DNA of 64,000 nucleotides from an uncultured Clostridia bacterium (lineage in GTDB: Bacteria; Bacillota; Clostridia; Christensenellales; CAG-314), in contig CAMRUG010000006.1 in assembly GCA_947053925.1 (NCBI GenBank), positions 4,350-68,349 of the forward strand, written 5' to 3'. Below the pieces are notes generated by a model that saw nothing but the letters and a program-made list of their open reading frames with translations, was not told the origin of the DNA and did not search any database. The translations under genes were made by a program, and so were the position numbers. Positions 45,501-55,199 of the stretch are shown here, piece by piece (the stretch's first letter is position 1; every line of letters starts with the position of its first letter).

Positions 45501-46736
45501 CTAGACCTTTTTTCCTAACGCACCGTCCAAATACGGCTTTAAAATTTTAACGTTAACTATGCCGTTCGTTTTACATTCGCCCGTAAAGTATACGCGCAAA
45601 TATTCTCTTGTGTAACCTTCGTAGTAGCCGTTACGCTTACGTTCGCACAAAACCGATTCTGTCTGTCCCACAAATTTTTGTGCGAATTTTGTTTTTAATT
45701 CTGCCTTAATTTCTCCTAGTTTTGCCGCGCGCGCGGTTTTAATCTCGGCTAAAGTATCTTCCCAACTATATGCCACAGTACCCTCGCGCGGAGAAAACGG
45801 AAAAACGTGAATATCGCTGAAACCGACTTTATTGACAAAATCTACAGTTTGGTTAAATTCCTCCTCTGTTTCGCCGCAAAAGCCTACTATAATGTCGGTA
45901 GTTATAGCGGCGTCGGGAAAGACGTTTCTTATCTTTTGTACCGCGTCAAAATACTGCGCCGTAGTATATTTGCGGTTCATTCGCTTTAAAACGGTATCAG
46001 ACCCCGATTGCAACGACAAATGAAAATGCGGACAAAAATCGACGTTTTTAAGCGCGCATAACAATCCGTCCGTTACAACGCGGGCTTCCAAACTCCCCAA
46101 ACGTATCCGCTTGTTTGTGTCTTTTAGCGCGCAAAAAAGTTTCTCTAAACTTTCGCCGGTATCTGCACCGAACTGCGAAATATCGATACCTATCAACACC
46201 ACTTCGGCGGAAGAACACGCTTCTACTTCGTTTACAACGTCTGCAATTTTACGGCTGCGGCTACGCCCCCGCAAATAAGGCACTATGCAGTAACTGCAAA
46301 AATTATTGCACCCGTCCTGAATTTTAACAAATGCTCTGGTGCGTTCCTGCGCCGCTCTTTGTCCTTCTTGGTAAACGCTCGGAACGGTTTCAACGTCTAT
46401 CCCTGTAGCGTTTAAAACCGCGGCTATTTTTTCCTTGCCGACAACGCCTTTTATGAATGTAACTCCGTCTATACCTACAAATTGGTTTGCGTCCTTTTCG
46501 GAAGCGCAACCTACCACTATAATTCGCGCGTAAGGATTGAGTTTTTTTGCACGGGCAACAAGTTGACGGGACTTCTTTTCAGCCTCGCGGGTTATAGCGC
46601 AAGTGTTGAGTACAAATACGTCTGCACGTTTAAGCCCGTGAAACGCCGTATGCCCCGCGTTGTTGAGTTCCGTTATAATTTGTCCGCTTTCGTACAAATT
46701 AGTTTTACAGCCCAATGTAAAAACCGAAATCACCAT
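45501..46736 (-). CDS. mtaB: tRNA methylthiotransferase (MtaB-type radical SAM MTTase)
   Basis: MTTase N-domain, CNNFCSYCIVP, and a C-terminal TRAM-like region. It sits directly after prmA, as yqeV does in Bacillus. Confidence 0.8.
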   Translation of the reverse strand: MVISVFTLGCKTNLYESGQIITELNNAGHTAFHGLKRADVFVLNTCAITREAEKKSRQLVARAKKLNPYARIIVVGCASEKDANQFVGIDGVTFIKGVVGKEKIAAVLNATGIDVETVPSVYQEGQRAAQERTRAFVKIQDGCNNFCSYCIVPYLRGRSRSRKIADVVNEVEACSSAEVVLIGIDISQFGADTGESLEKLFCALKDTNKRIRLGSLEARVVTDGLLCALKNVDFCPHFHLSLQSGSDTVLKRMNRKYTTAQYFDAVQKIRNVFPDAAITTDIIVGFCGETEEEFNQTVDFVNKVGFSDIHVFPFSPREGTVAYSWEDTLAEIKTARAAKLGEIKAELKTKFAQKFVGQTESVLCERKRNGYYEGYTREYLRVYFTGECKTNGIVNVKILKPYLDGALGKKV

Positions 46737-46737
46737 A

Positions 46738-47646
46738 CTAAATATCCCTTTTTACACTAAGCAGCAATGCACGCCATTCGCCTTGACTTACGACTTGTTC
46801 TACGCTAAAACAATCGGAATATATGCTCATAACCTGTTGTAATTTGACGTCTAAAATGCCTGATAAAACAACCTTAGAATTGCTTTTTACTACCTTTAAA
46901 ATGTCTTTGTGCAATAACTCTAAAATATCCGCCGTAAGGTTAGCAAATACAATATCGAAACGTTCGTTTGTTTGCTCGGTCAAGTTGCCCGTTTTAATTG
47001 AGCAACAGTCGGTAAGACCGTTGATTTCCGCATTGTGCCTAGCAATATCTGTTGCCTGACAGTCAATGTCTATAAGTTCGGCATTTTTTGCACCCAGCAA
47101 AAGTGCCGAAAGTCCCAGTATTCCGCTTCCGCAGCCTACGTCCAATACGCTCTTGTTTGTTAACGGCAACTGCTCGCAAAGTTTAATGCACATAGACGTT
47201 GTTTCGTGCTGACCCGTACCGAATGCTACCCCCGTATCGAGAAGCAGTACTTTCTTGTCCGTTTCGACATTTTGCCATTCGGGACATATTACCAGTTTGT
47301 CCGTTTCGATAGGTTTAAAAGTCTCTTTCCACGTTTTAACCCACGCGTCGCCGTCTACTTGGTTAACCGTCATATTAAGACTGCCTGCATTTAAAATACC
47401 GACAAAACTTTGACGTAAAAAATCGAGAACACGGTCTGTGTCCTCTAAATTGCAATAACCTTTTACTATTACTTCTTCGCCGTAAGATTTGTCGATACCG
47501 TCGTCCTTATAATCCCACGACGAGTTTGCGTAAAGGTCGTTTTTATCATATATCGATACGCCATCCATACACGCTTCCTGCAAAAAGTACGCTACGACTT
47601 CCGACGCTTCCGTTGTCGTACAAACGGATATTTCCGAAAATTTCAT
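46738..47646 (-). CDS. prmA: ribosomal protein L11 methyltransferase
   Basis: FGTGQHETT and DVGCGSGIL SAM-binding motifs, with typical length. Confidence 0.9.
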   Translation of the reverse strand: MKFSEISVCTTTEASEVVAYFLQEACMDGVSIYDKNDLYANSSWDYKDDGIDKSYGEEVIVKGYCNLEDTDRVLDFLRQSFVGILNAGSLNMTVNQVDGDAWVKTWKETFKPIETDKLVICPEWQNVETDKKVLLLDTGVAFGTGQHETTSMCIKLCEQLPLTNKSVLDVGCGSGILGLSALLLGAKNAELIDIDCQATDIARHNAEINGLTDCCSIKTGNLTEQTNERFDIVFANLTADILELLHKDILKVVKSNSKVVLSGILDVKLQQVMSIYSDCFSVEQVVSQGEWRALLLSVKRDI

Positions 47647-47653
47647 ACTGAAC

Positions 47654-47977
47654 CTATCTGATAAGAATATCTATAAGACGTTTTGCGTTTTCCCATTCGC
47701 GCTTGTTAACCTCGTACAAGTCGCGCCCCTTTTCGGTAATGGTATAGTACTTGCGCGTCGCGCCGACGTTTTCGCCCCAAAAGCCCTTTATGCAGTCCAT
47801 ATCCTCTAAACGGTGATATGCCGAATACAAACTCTGTTCGTTGGGAACATACAAATTGTTCGTCTTTTTGGTAATAAACTTACGGATTTCGTTGCCGTAT
47901 TTTGTTCCGCTCATCAAAGCAGATAACACAAATGTGTCGATATGTCCCCTTAACAGGTCGCTGGAAATTACTTTCAT
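47654..47977 (-). CDS. PadR-family transcriptional regulator
   Basis: LRGHIDTFVLSAL...YGNEI...LYSAYHRLE...KYYTITEKG. Confidence 0.85.
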   Translation of the reverse strand: MKVISSDLLRGHIDTFVLSALMSGTKYGNEIRKFITKKTNNLYVPNEQSLYSAYHRLEDMDCIKGFWGENVGATRKYYTITEKGRDLYEVNKREWENAKRLIDILIR

Positions 47978-48445
47978 CTTTCGTTCTCCGCAATATATTT
48001 AACTTAACAATACCGACGCTCAAACACAACTGACTTAACGCGACCAAACGATAACGGACTTAACACATTTGATATTGAAAACAATCGAGCATACGTTTGT
48101 TTAAATTAAATATAATCTATACTATGTCTAACATATAGATTAACACTACCGCCCGATTTTGTAAAGCGACAATACGCCATTTTTTAAAAAATAATTATCT
48201 AAAAATTTGTTCGCAAATATGAAACGACGTGAAACACAAAAACGCCCTTATAACATAATTATTAAATTAAAATTTTGTGCGCCCGAATTAAGTCTTATAA
48301 TGCCTATTTGGGGATAAAAGATAATTTTAGGTTAAAAAATATGCAAAAATTTAATATAAAATACGCCCTTTATAGGTCAAACCAACCACTGTCGTTAATT
48401 TTGATTGCGATATACATAAACAAATACATAATCCAATTTTATAAT

Positions 48446-48475
48446 CATAAAATAGGCAAACGGATAACGTTTGCC
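48446..48475 (-). terminator. intrinsic terminator
   Basis: GGCAAACG-gataa-CGTTTGCC, T-rich on the minus strand. Confidence 0.6.
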
Positions 48476-48502
48476 TATTCCTTACTAAAGTTTATTTGTC
48501 GG

Positions 48503-49090
48503 TTACAATTTTATTTCGACGTTCGCCTCTCCGTACTTAGTTGAAAAGGCAATCATTTGTCCGTCTTGCTGAATAAATGCGTAATCGTTTATTTGCAGCA
48601 TAAACGGAGCATTCTCGTCAAGAGTATAGTTGTCGATATTTTCTATATAAAACGTACTTATCGTTTCTATGTCCGCAGTGATATAAGTATAATAAGGCAT
48701 CCAAAAATCATTCTTATCCTTATATTCTGTTATTGCATTAGATTTGACGGCGTTTAGCCTGTCTATTATAGTGAAAAACGGAGTATCGAATATCCATTCT
48801 ACTTCTAAAGAAGGATGGTCGTTATATTTGTCTACAATATAAAACTTTTCCTTTCCTTCATATATTCCTATTAAGAAATAAGGTTGCTTAAACTTCTTCA
48901 AGGATTCTTTATTATTTTCTTTTATCGACACTTTTTTCTCATCTATGTTACAAACCGAAAATACTTTTTCAATGCCGTATTGTCGTTGTACTAATTCTAT
49001 GGCTTTATTTATACTAAAGTCGTAATCACAGGAAGCCAAACAAAACAGCAACGCTATTAACAACGGTATTATAAAAAATTTTCTTTTCAT
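48503..49090 (-). CDS. hypothetical lipoprotein, paralogue 1
   Basis: Lipobox LASCDY. Its C-terminal ~55 aa are nearly identical to those of paralogue 2. Confidence 0.6.
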   Translation of the reverse strand: MKRKFFIIPLLIALLFCLASCDYDFSINKAIELVQRQYGIEKVFSVCNIDEKKVSIKENNKESLKKFKQPYFLIGIYEGKEKFYIVDKYNDHPSLEVEWIFDTPFFTIIDRLNAVKSNAITEYKDKNDFWMPYYTYITADIETISTFYIENIDNYTLDENAPFMLQINDYAFIQQDGQMIAFSTKYGEANVEIKL

Positions 49091-49247
49091 ACATTTCCTC
49101 GTTTATACACTCTTATGCTTGCAGAACTTTTAATCTTACTCATATCGAAGTTACAATATTTTGATAAATCGTCTCCGTCGGCAACTTTTAAAAACAGTTC
49201 GTAGAAAAGTTGGTCGCTCTTGTTATGATTATTAAAATATCTACAAC
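49091..49247 (-). pseudogene. duplicated 3-prime fragment of the cysteine-peptidase gene
   Basis: About 157 nt align base-for-base, with scattered substitutions, to 49874-50030 (the last ~50 codons of the 403-aa gene and its junction). No start codon or upstream coding sequence is present. Confidence 0.65.
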
Positions 49248-49297
49248 ATCGTAAACGTTATCTGTTTGCATATTTATTCTTACTATTTATTCAACAG

Positions 49298-49873
49298 TTA
49301 CAATTTTATTTCGATGTTCGCTTCTCCGTATTTCAGAGAAAAACATATCATTTGCCCGTCTTGCTGAATAAATACATAATCGTTTATTTGCAACATAAAC
49401 GGAGCATTCTCGTCAAGAGTATAGTTGTCGATATTTTCTATATAAAACGTCCTTATCGTATCTATGTCTGCAGTTACATAAGTATAATACGGGTATACCC
49501 AGTCTTCATTTTTCACTATTCCGTTCTTGATAACAGAATTTAATTTTTCGATGATAGTTAAAAACGGCGTATCAAATATCCATTCCACTTCCAACGACCG
49601 ATGATCGTTATAATCTTCTACTACATAATATTTTTCCTGTCCTTGACAAGTACATACGATAAAATAAGGATCATAAAACTTTTCCAATAATTTACCGCTT
49701 TGTTTATCGTAAACTTTTTTAGCGTTGATATGACATACTGAGTATACCTCTTCCGCATTATACTTTTGCTTAACTAGTTCGATAGCATCAACAAAACCGA
49801 AGCCGTAATCGCAAGATGTCAAATAAAGCAACAACGCTAGAAATAACGGTATTACCAAAAATTTTCTTTTCAT
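49298..49873 (-). CDS. hypothetical lipoprotein, paralogue 2
   Basis: Lipobox LTSCDY. ATG at 49873 after GAGGAAG. The track start at 49885 overlaps the upstream stop. Confidence 0.6.
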   Translation of the reverse strand: MKRKFLVIPLFLALLLYLTSCDYGFGFVDAIELVKQKYNAEEVYSVCHINAKKVYDKQSGKLLEKFYDPYFIVCTCQGQEKYYVVEDYNDHRSLEVEWIFDTPFLTIIEKLNSVIKNGIVKNEDWVYPYYTYVTADIDTIRTFYIENIDNYTLDENAPFMLQINDYVFIQQDGQMICFSLKYGEANIEIKL

Positions 49874-49881
49874 ACACTTCC

Positions 49882-51093
49882 TCATTTATACACTCTTATG
49901 CTAGCAGAACTTTTAATTTTGCTCATATCGAAGTTAAAATATTTTGCCGCACCGTCCCCATCTGCAACTTTTAAAAACAGTTCGTAATAAAGTTGGTCGC
50001 TTTTGTTGTGATAATTAAAATATCTGTAACCAAACCCTACAAATGTATGAGCCGATCCATAATGCCTAATATAATTGACGGTAAAATTATAATATCCTAA
50101 TGTTTTTTTGTCGGGTTGATCATCGGGAAGCGTATCGGCAAAATAATACGTTGAACAGGTAATAAAGACGGGTATACCTGCGTCGATACTTTGCCGCATT
50201 TCATAGTAGGATAATCCCGTTTTTCTTTCTACCTTATATCCCTTTTCCTTGATCAGTTTTTCAAAACCTTTGTATCCGTCTGTCGGGATAGTTCCGCCCA
50301 CTCCGAAAAACCAGTTGGTGTTCATATAATCATAGAAGATATTGCCGTAAATTACTGATGTGTTTCCATTCATATCTCCATTAGGATACAATGAATCCCG
50401 ATCAATTTTCAGAAGTTGATTATTATAATACTTGTTCCAGTAGTTAAGCATAATAACACCCGCAACGTTAGCGCAATTGTATTCGTGAGTATTAACAGTA
50501 CTACTATACGCACAAGAAAAATCTTTAATTTCGTAACTAAGACTGTAAAAGTCTTTGCACTCGATATTCTTCACATAGTCTTCGCGCTTTCCTGTGCCGC
50601 ACGCCGCCGAATATGTCGGGAATTCAGCAGGCTTATAATCCGTTAAAACGGTCATTGTTTCGGCATCGTAGTAATTATTACCTTTTTTTATTATGTAATA
50701 TCCCAGCGACGGACAAATAAACATTCCGTCTTTGCCGTAAAATGCCGACGCTTCGTTAAAACTGATTTCAACTAATTTATAGTTTTCATCCATATAGAAG
50801 AAAATCGCGTACCCATGTATACTGTCGGCAGCAAAATCAATAACATATCCTGCCCACTGTTCGTTAGAATAAAACACTTCATCAACAAAGTATTCTGCTC
50901 CAAGCATATCGACATTCTCTTCCGATGCTGTACACTCTATCATTGATTGCATTTCAGCAAAAGCGCTTTCAGAAACTTGCGCCGACGCTTTCACCGCATT
51001 ATATGAAGCAATCCCGATTGTTAGTGAAAGAAGTATACATACCGCAATTATCATACTAGCAATTCTATTCCTTTTACATTTCAAGTCCACCAT
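49882..51093 (-). CDS. secreted papain-fold cysteine peptidase-like protein (paralogue of 4956-5777) with an extra N-terminal domain
   Basis: N-terminal TM/signal segment. Candidate Cys in HEYNCANVAG and His in GSAHTFVGFGY. RBS GGGGGT. Confidence 0.6.
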   Translation of the reverse strand: MVDLKCKRNRIASMIIAVCILLSLTIGIASYNAVKASAQVSESAFAEMQSMIECTASEENVDMLGAEYFVDEVFYSNEQWAGYVIDFAADSIHGYAIFFYMDENYKLVEISFNEASAFYGKDGMFICPSLGYYIIKKGNNYYDAETMTVLTDYKPAEFPTYSAACGTGKREDYVKNIECKDFYSLSYEIKDFSCAYSSTVNTHEYNCANVAGVIMLNYWNKYYNNQLLKIDRDSLYPNGDMNGNTSVIYGNIFYDYMNTNWFFGVGGTIPTDGYKGFEKLIKEKGYKVERKTGLSYYEMRQSIDAGIPVFITCSTYYFADTLPDDQPDKKTLGYYNFTVNYIRHYGSAHTFVGFGYRYFNYHNKSDQLYYELFLKVADGDGAAKYFNFDMSKIKSSASIRVYK

Positions 51094-51400
51094 TTTTTTA
51101 CCCCCTGCATTATCTCTACTTATAGAAAATGAACATTGTCCATCTATTCAGTAAAAAAATAGTATTATTGAAAGACTGGATTTGTAAATATAACTTTATT
51201 TTTTGTAACTTACCCTTTACGACAAAACACAATAAAACTCTTATTGAATATGTGTAGGGATAGTATATCATAATCTCAATGCTAAATCAATATACAAATA
51301 AAATTGCTTACTCTTAGCAATATCCTAACAATATCTCGCTGCTCAGCAAAAACCGACAATTAGAAATACCGTTTCGGTTTTTGCCGAAACGGTATTTGTG

Positions 51401-52543
51401 TTATTTATTGTACAGTTTTGCTACTTCGTCAAGGTATTCTTTCTTTTTGGAGTAGTTTTTCATTGAGCAATCGCGTTCAAAGTCTTCGAGCGCGCGCCGC
51501 TGCGAACGGCTGATATTTCTGGGTACTTCTACGCTGATTGTTACATACAAGTCGCCCGTCAAACCTCTTGCAGTACGGATACCTTTGCCCCTAAACCGCA
51601 ATGTTTCGCCGTTGGCAGTTCCCTCTGCTAGTTTGTGAATAAATACTCCGTCTGGAGACGGGATTTCTATTTCTCCTCCGCAGGTTGCAGTTAAAAAACT
51701 GACGGGAACGGTTACATACAAATCGTAATTTTCTCGCTTAAACAGTTTGCTTGACTTAACAGACATAACCAAAAGCAAGTTGCCCGAACGTCCGCCTTTA
51801 CCCTTGGGCGCATTTCCTTCCCCTGCAAGTTGCAGTACCGCGCCGTTTTCGACGCCTGCCGGTATTGTAACGTTTATAACTTTGTTTTTCTTCACAACGC
51901 CTTTACCGCCGCACGATTTACAAGGGTCGGTAACAATCTTACCCGAACCGCCGCACTTATCGCATGGACCGACAGTAATTTGCTGTCCGAAAATCGTATT
52001 GTGAACTTGTCTTACCTGTCCCGAACCGCCGCACTTATCGCAGGTTTTAAGACTCCTGTCGTCCTTTGCGCCGCTGCCGCCGCAAGAGGGGCATCTTTCG
52101 ATACGGGTAAAATTGATAGGCTTTTTACAGCCTAAAACAGATTCCATAAACGTAAGTTCGACGGTATATGTAATATCCGAGCCTACAGAAAACTGCTGAG
52201 ACCTGCGCCTTGACGACGAACCGCCGAAACCGAACGCGCCGCTGAACATATCAAAAATATCGTCAAATCCGCTCGCGGAAAAACCTCCGCCGCCAAACGG
52301 GTTATATCCTGCACCGCCTGCGCCCATATCCATTTCGCCGCGGTCGTATTTGCCGCGCTTGTCGGGATCTCCCACTACCGAATAGGCTTCGTTTATTTCT
52401 TTAAACTTTTCGGCGGCGGCGTTATCCCCCGGATGCAAATCGGGATGGTACTGTTTTGCAAGTTTACGGTAAGCCGATTTAATTTCGTCTGCGCTTGCGT
52501 TTTTATCAACGCCCAGCGTTTTGTAGTAATCTTTTTTTGGCAT
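51401..52543 (-). CDS. dnaJ: molecular chaperone DnaJ
   Basis: J-domain with HPD, a G/F-rich region, and four CxxCxGxG zinc motifs. Confidence 0.95.
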   Translation of the reverse strand: MPKKDYYKTLGVDKNASADEIKSAYRKLAKQYHPDLHPGDNAAAEKFKEINEAYSVVGDPDKRGKYDRGEMDMGAGGAGYNPFGGGGFSASGFDDIFDMFSGAFGFGGSSSRRRSQQFSVGSDITYTVELTFMESVLGCKKPINFTRIERCPSCGGSGAKDDRSLKTCDKCGGSGQVRQVHNTIFGQQITVGPCDKCGGSGKIVTDPCKSCGGKGVVKKNKVINVTIPAGVENGAVLQLAGEGNAPKGKGGRSGNLLLVMSVKSSKLFKRENYDLYVTVPVSFLTATCGGEIEIPSPDGVFIHKLAEGTANGETLRFRGKGIRTARGLTGDLYVTISVEVPRNISRSQRRALEDFERDCSMKNYSKKKEYLDEVAKLYNK

Positions 52544-52661
52544 TTTTTCCTCTTATTACTCGCGAAAGCCTTGCTAGTAAATTAGCAAGACTTTGCGATA
52601 ACTTTCAACATTTTATTTAGTTTGTACGCATTACCGACGGTAATTACAATAATTCTACAAA

Positions 52662-54473
52662 CTATTTCTTATCTTCGTCAGCAACGTCATACTTAACTTC
52701 ACTGCCGTCCTGTTGCTGCGCGCTTTGCTGAGCCGCTTGATAGAACTTTTGGAAGATTGCCGCAGAACTCTGCGCTATTCTGTCCGTTTCGGCTTTGAGT
52801 TCGTCGGTAGTAACGTCTTTCTTGTCAAGTACTTCCTTACCCTTTTTTATGTCTTCTTCGAGATGTTCCTTATCTGCCGACTCGAGTTTGTCGCCGCTTT
52901 CGCGGATAAATTGCTCTAACGACAAAATCATTTGGTCAAGTCCGTTGCGCGCTTCTACCGCTTCACGGCGTTTTTTGTCTTCTTCGGCATACTTTTCCGC
53001 ATCCTTAACAGCCTTGTCGATATCCGCGTCCGAAAGGTTTGTGGACGAAGTAATAGTAACGGACTGTTCCTTTTGGGTCCCGAGGTCTTTTGCCGTAACG
53101 TGTACGATACCGTTAGCGTCAATATCGAATTTAACTTCAATCTGCGGAATTCCGCGCGGAGCGGGAGCAATTCCCGTCAAAGAGAAACGACCGAGAGTCT
53201 TGTTATCTGCCGCCATTTCGCGTTCGCCTTGCAAAACGTGAATATCAACGCTTGTTTGATTGTCTGCCGCAGTAGAGAATACCTGAGATTTACTTGTAGG
53301 AATTGTCGTATTGCGTTCGATAAGTTTTGCCATAACGCCGCCCAAAACTTCGATACCGAGCGACAACGGAGTAACGTCTAACAAAAGCACGTCTTTGACT
53401 TCGCCGCCCAAAACGCCGCCTTGAATTGCCGCGCCGATAGCAACGCATTCGTCAGGGTTAATTCCTTTGTAAGGCTCTTTGCCGCTGTAATTTTTAACGG
53501 CTTCTACAACGGCGGGAATTCGGGTTGAACCGCCTACCAAGATTACGCGGTTAAGGTCGTTATTCGTAACGCCTGCGTCAGCCATAGCCTTTTTCATCGG
53601 TTCGATTGTCTTTTTGATAATACCGTCAATAAGGCTTTCGAACTTAGCGCGCGTAATTTCTACTTCCAAATGCTTAGGACCTGTTGCGTCCGCTGTGATA
53701 AACGGCAAAGAAACCGTTGTTTTAAGCGTTGCGGAAAGTTCAATCTTTGCCTTTTCAGCCGCTTCCTTTAAACGTTGCAGAGCCTGTTTGTCGTTGGAAA
53801 GATCTATACCGCTGGTTTTCTTAAATTCTGCGATAATGTAATCCATAACTACTTTGTCGATATCGTCGCCGCCCAAACGGTTATTACCGTTAGTAGCCAA
53901 AACTTCAAATACGCCGTCGCCGATTTCCAAAATAGAAACGTCGAACGTACCGCCGCCGAGGTCGTAAATAAGAATTTTTTGGTTTTTGTTTTCGCCTTTG
54001 TCAAGTCCGTAAGCAAGCGCCGCCGCCGTAGGCTCGTTTATAATACGCAAAACTTCGAGACCTGCTATTTTGCCTGCGTCCTTTGTTGCCTGACGCTGTG
54101 CGTCCGAAAAGTATGCGGGAACTGTAATTACCGCTTGAGTTACTTTTTCGCCGAGATACGCTTCGGCATCGGCTCTCAATTTTGAAAGAATAATCGCTGA
54201 AATTTCCTGCGGAGAATATTTTTTGCCGTCAATATCGACAGTATAATTCGTACCCATTTCGCGCTTGATAGAAAGCACGGTTTTATCGGCGTTTACTACC
54301 GCCTGACGTTTAGCTACCTGTCCTACAAGACGTTCGCCGTCCTTTGCAAAGCCAACTACCGAAGGGGTAGTTCTGTTACCTTCTGCGTTAGTTATAACGA
54401 CGGGTTCGCCGCCTTCCAAAACCGCTACGCAACTGTTAGTCGTACCAAGGTCAATACCTATAATTTTTCCCAT
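52662..54473 (-). CDS. dnaK: molecular chaperone DnaK (Hsp70)
   Basis: [17 protein letters not shown] and VGGSTRIP signatures. Confidence 0.97.
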   Translation of the reverse strand: MGKIIGIDLGTTNSCVAVLEGGEPVVITNAEGNRTTPSVVGFAKDGERLVGQVAKRQAVVNADKTVLSIKREMGTNYTVDIDGKKYSPQEISAIILSKLRADAEAYLGEKVTQAVITVPAYFSDAQRQATKDAGKIAGLEVLRIINEPTAAALAYGLDKGENKNQKILIYDLGGGTFDVSILEIGDGVFEVLATNGNNRLGGDDIDKVVMDYIIAEFKKTSGIDLSNDKQALQRLKEAAEKAKIELSATLKTTVSLPFITADATGPKHLEVEITRAKFESLIDGIIKKTIEPMKKAMADAGVTNNDLNRVILVGGSTRIPAVVEAVKNYSGKEPYKGINPDECVAIGAAIQGGVLGGEVKDVLLLDVTPLSLGIEVLGGVMAKLIERNTTIPTSKSQVFSTAADNQTSVDIHVLQGEREMAADNKTLGRFSLTGIAPAPRGIPQIEVKFDIDANGIVHVTAKDLGTQKEQSVTITSSTNLSDADIDKAVKDAEKYAEEDKKRREAVEARNGLDQMILSLEQFIRESGDKLESADKEHLEEDIKKGKEVLDKKDVTTDELKAETDRIAQSSAAIFQKFYQAAQQSAQQQDGSEVKYDVADEDKK

Positions 54474-54608
54474 GATCTATATCTCCTTTTTAGATGTATT
54501 TTTGTATTTTGCCCGTCTGCCGTAATTCGGCAAACAGGATTGATTGTGAATTGTTGTATGTTGCGTACGCAACCGACAAAACATAAGTTTAACGCCGTTT
54601 ATGCGCCG

Positions 54609-55199
54609 TTAACACCCTACGATTACTTCGGCATAACGCAACACTTTACCGTCAAGTTCGTAACCATTTTTATAAACTTCTACAACTAGGTCTTTCTTGT
54701 CTTCGCCGTAGTCCATTTTTGACAAAGCATTCATTTTGAGCGGATCGAAAGGTTGCCCCATTACTTCCATTTTAACAACGTTAAAGTCTGCCAAAATCTG
54801 CTCAAACTGAGATTGCACCATTGTAAACGCTTTTAGATTGTCTCCGTCTAAGTGTTTTGCGGCAATGTCAAACGTATCCAAAACGGCAATCAACTTAGAC
54901 AAAACCGCCTGTATGCCTTCGCTTTTGGCTTGTTCGCCGTTAAATTTCATACGACGCTTGTAACTTTCGAAGTCGTTTTTCATTGCAACAAGTTGGTTCA
55001 AATAAGTATCCGACTTATCGGCTGAACTTTGCAGTCTGTTGCACGTCTTTTTTAAAGATTTGTTTTCTTCCGTCAACTTTTCGTTTTCGGCAATCAGTTT
55101 TTCGTTTTCTTCCGTCAAAGCCTGTTCCATTTCGGTAAGCGCAGGCTGTTCTTCCTTTACTTCCGTTTCGGGTGCTTTGCTTTTAGTTTCCTTTTTCAT
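54609..55199 (-). CDS. grpE: nucleotide exchange factor GrpE
   Basis: Coiled-coil N-terminus and a C-terminal GrpE beta domain (FDP..M.A). Its start overlaps the hrcA stop by 4 nt. Confidence 0.9.
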   Translation of the reverse strand: MKKETKSKAPETEVKEEQPALTEMEQALTEENEKLIAENEKLTEENKSLKKTCNRLQSSADKSDTYLNQLVAMKNDFESYKRRMKFNGEQAKSEGIQAVLSKLIAVLDTFDIAAKHLDGDNLKAFTMVQSQFEQILADFNVVKMEVMGQPFDPLKMNALSKMDYGEDKKDLVVEVYKNGYELDGKVLRYAEVIVGC

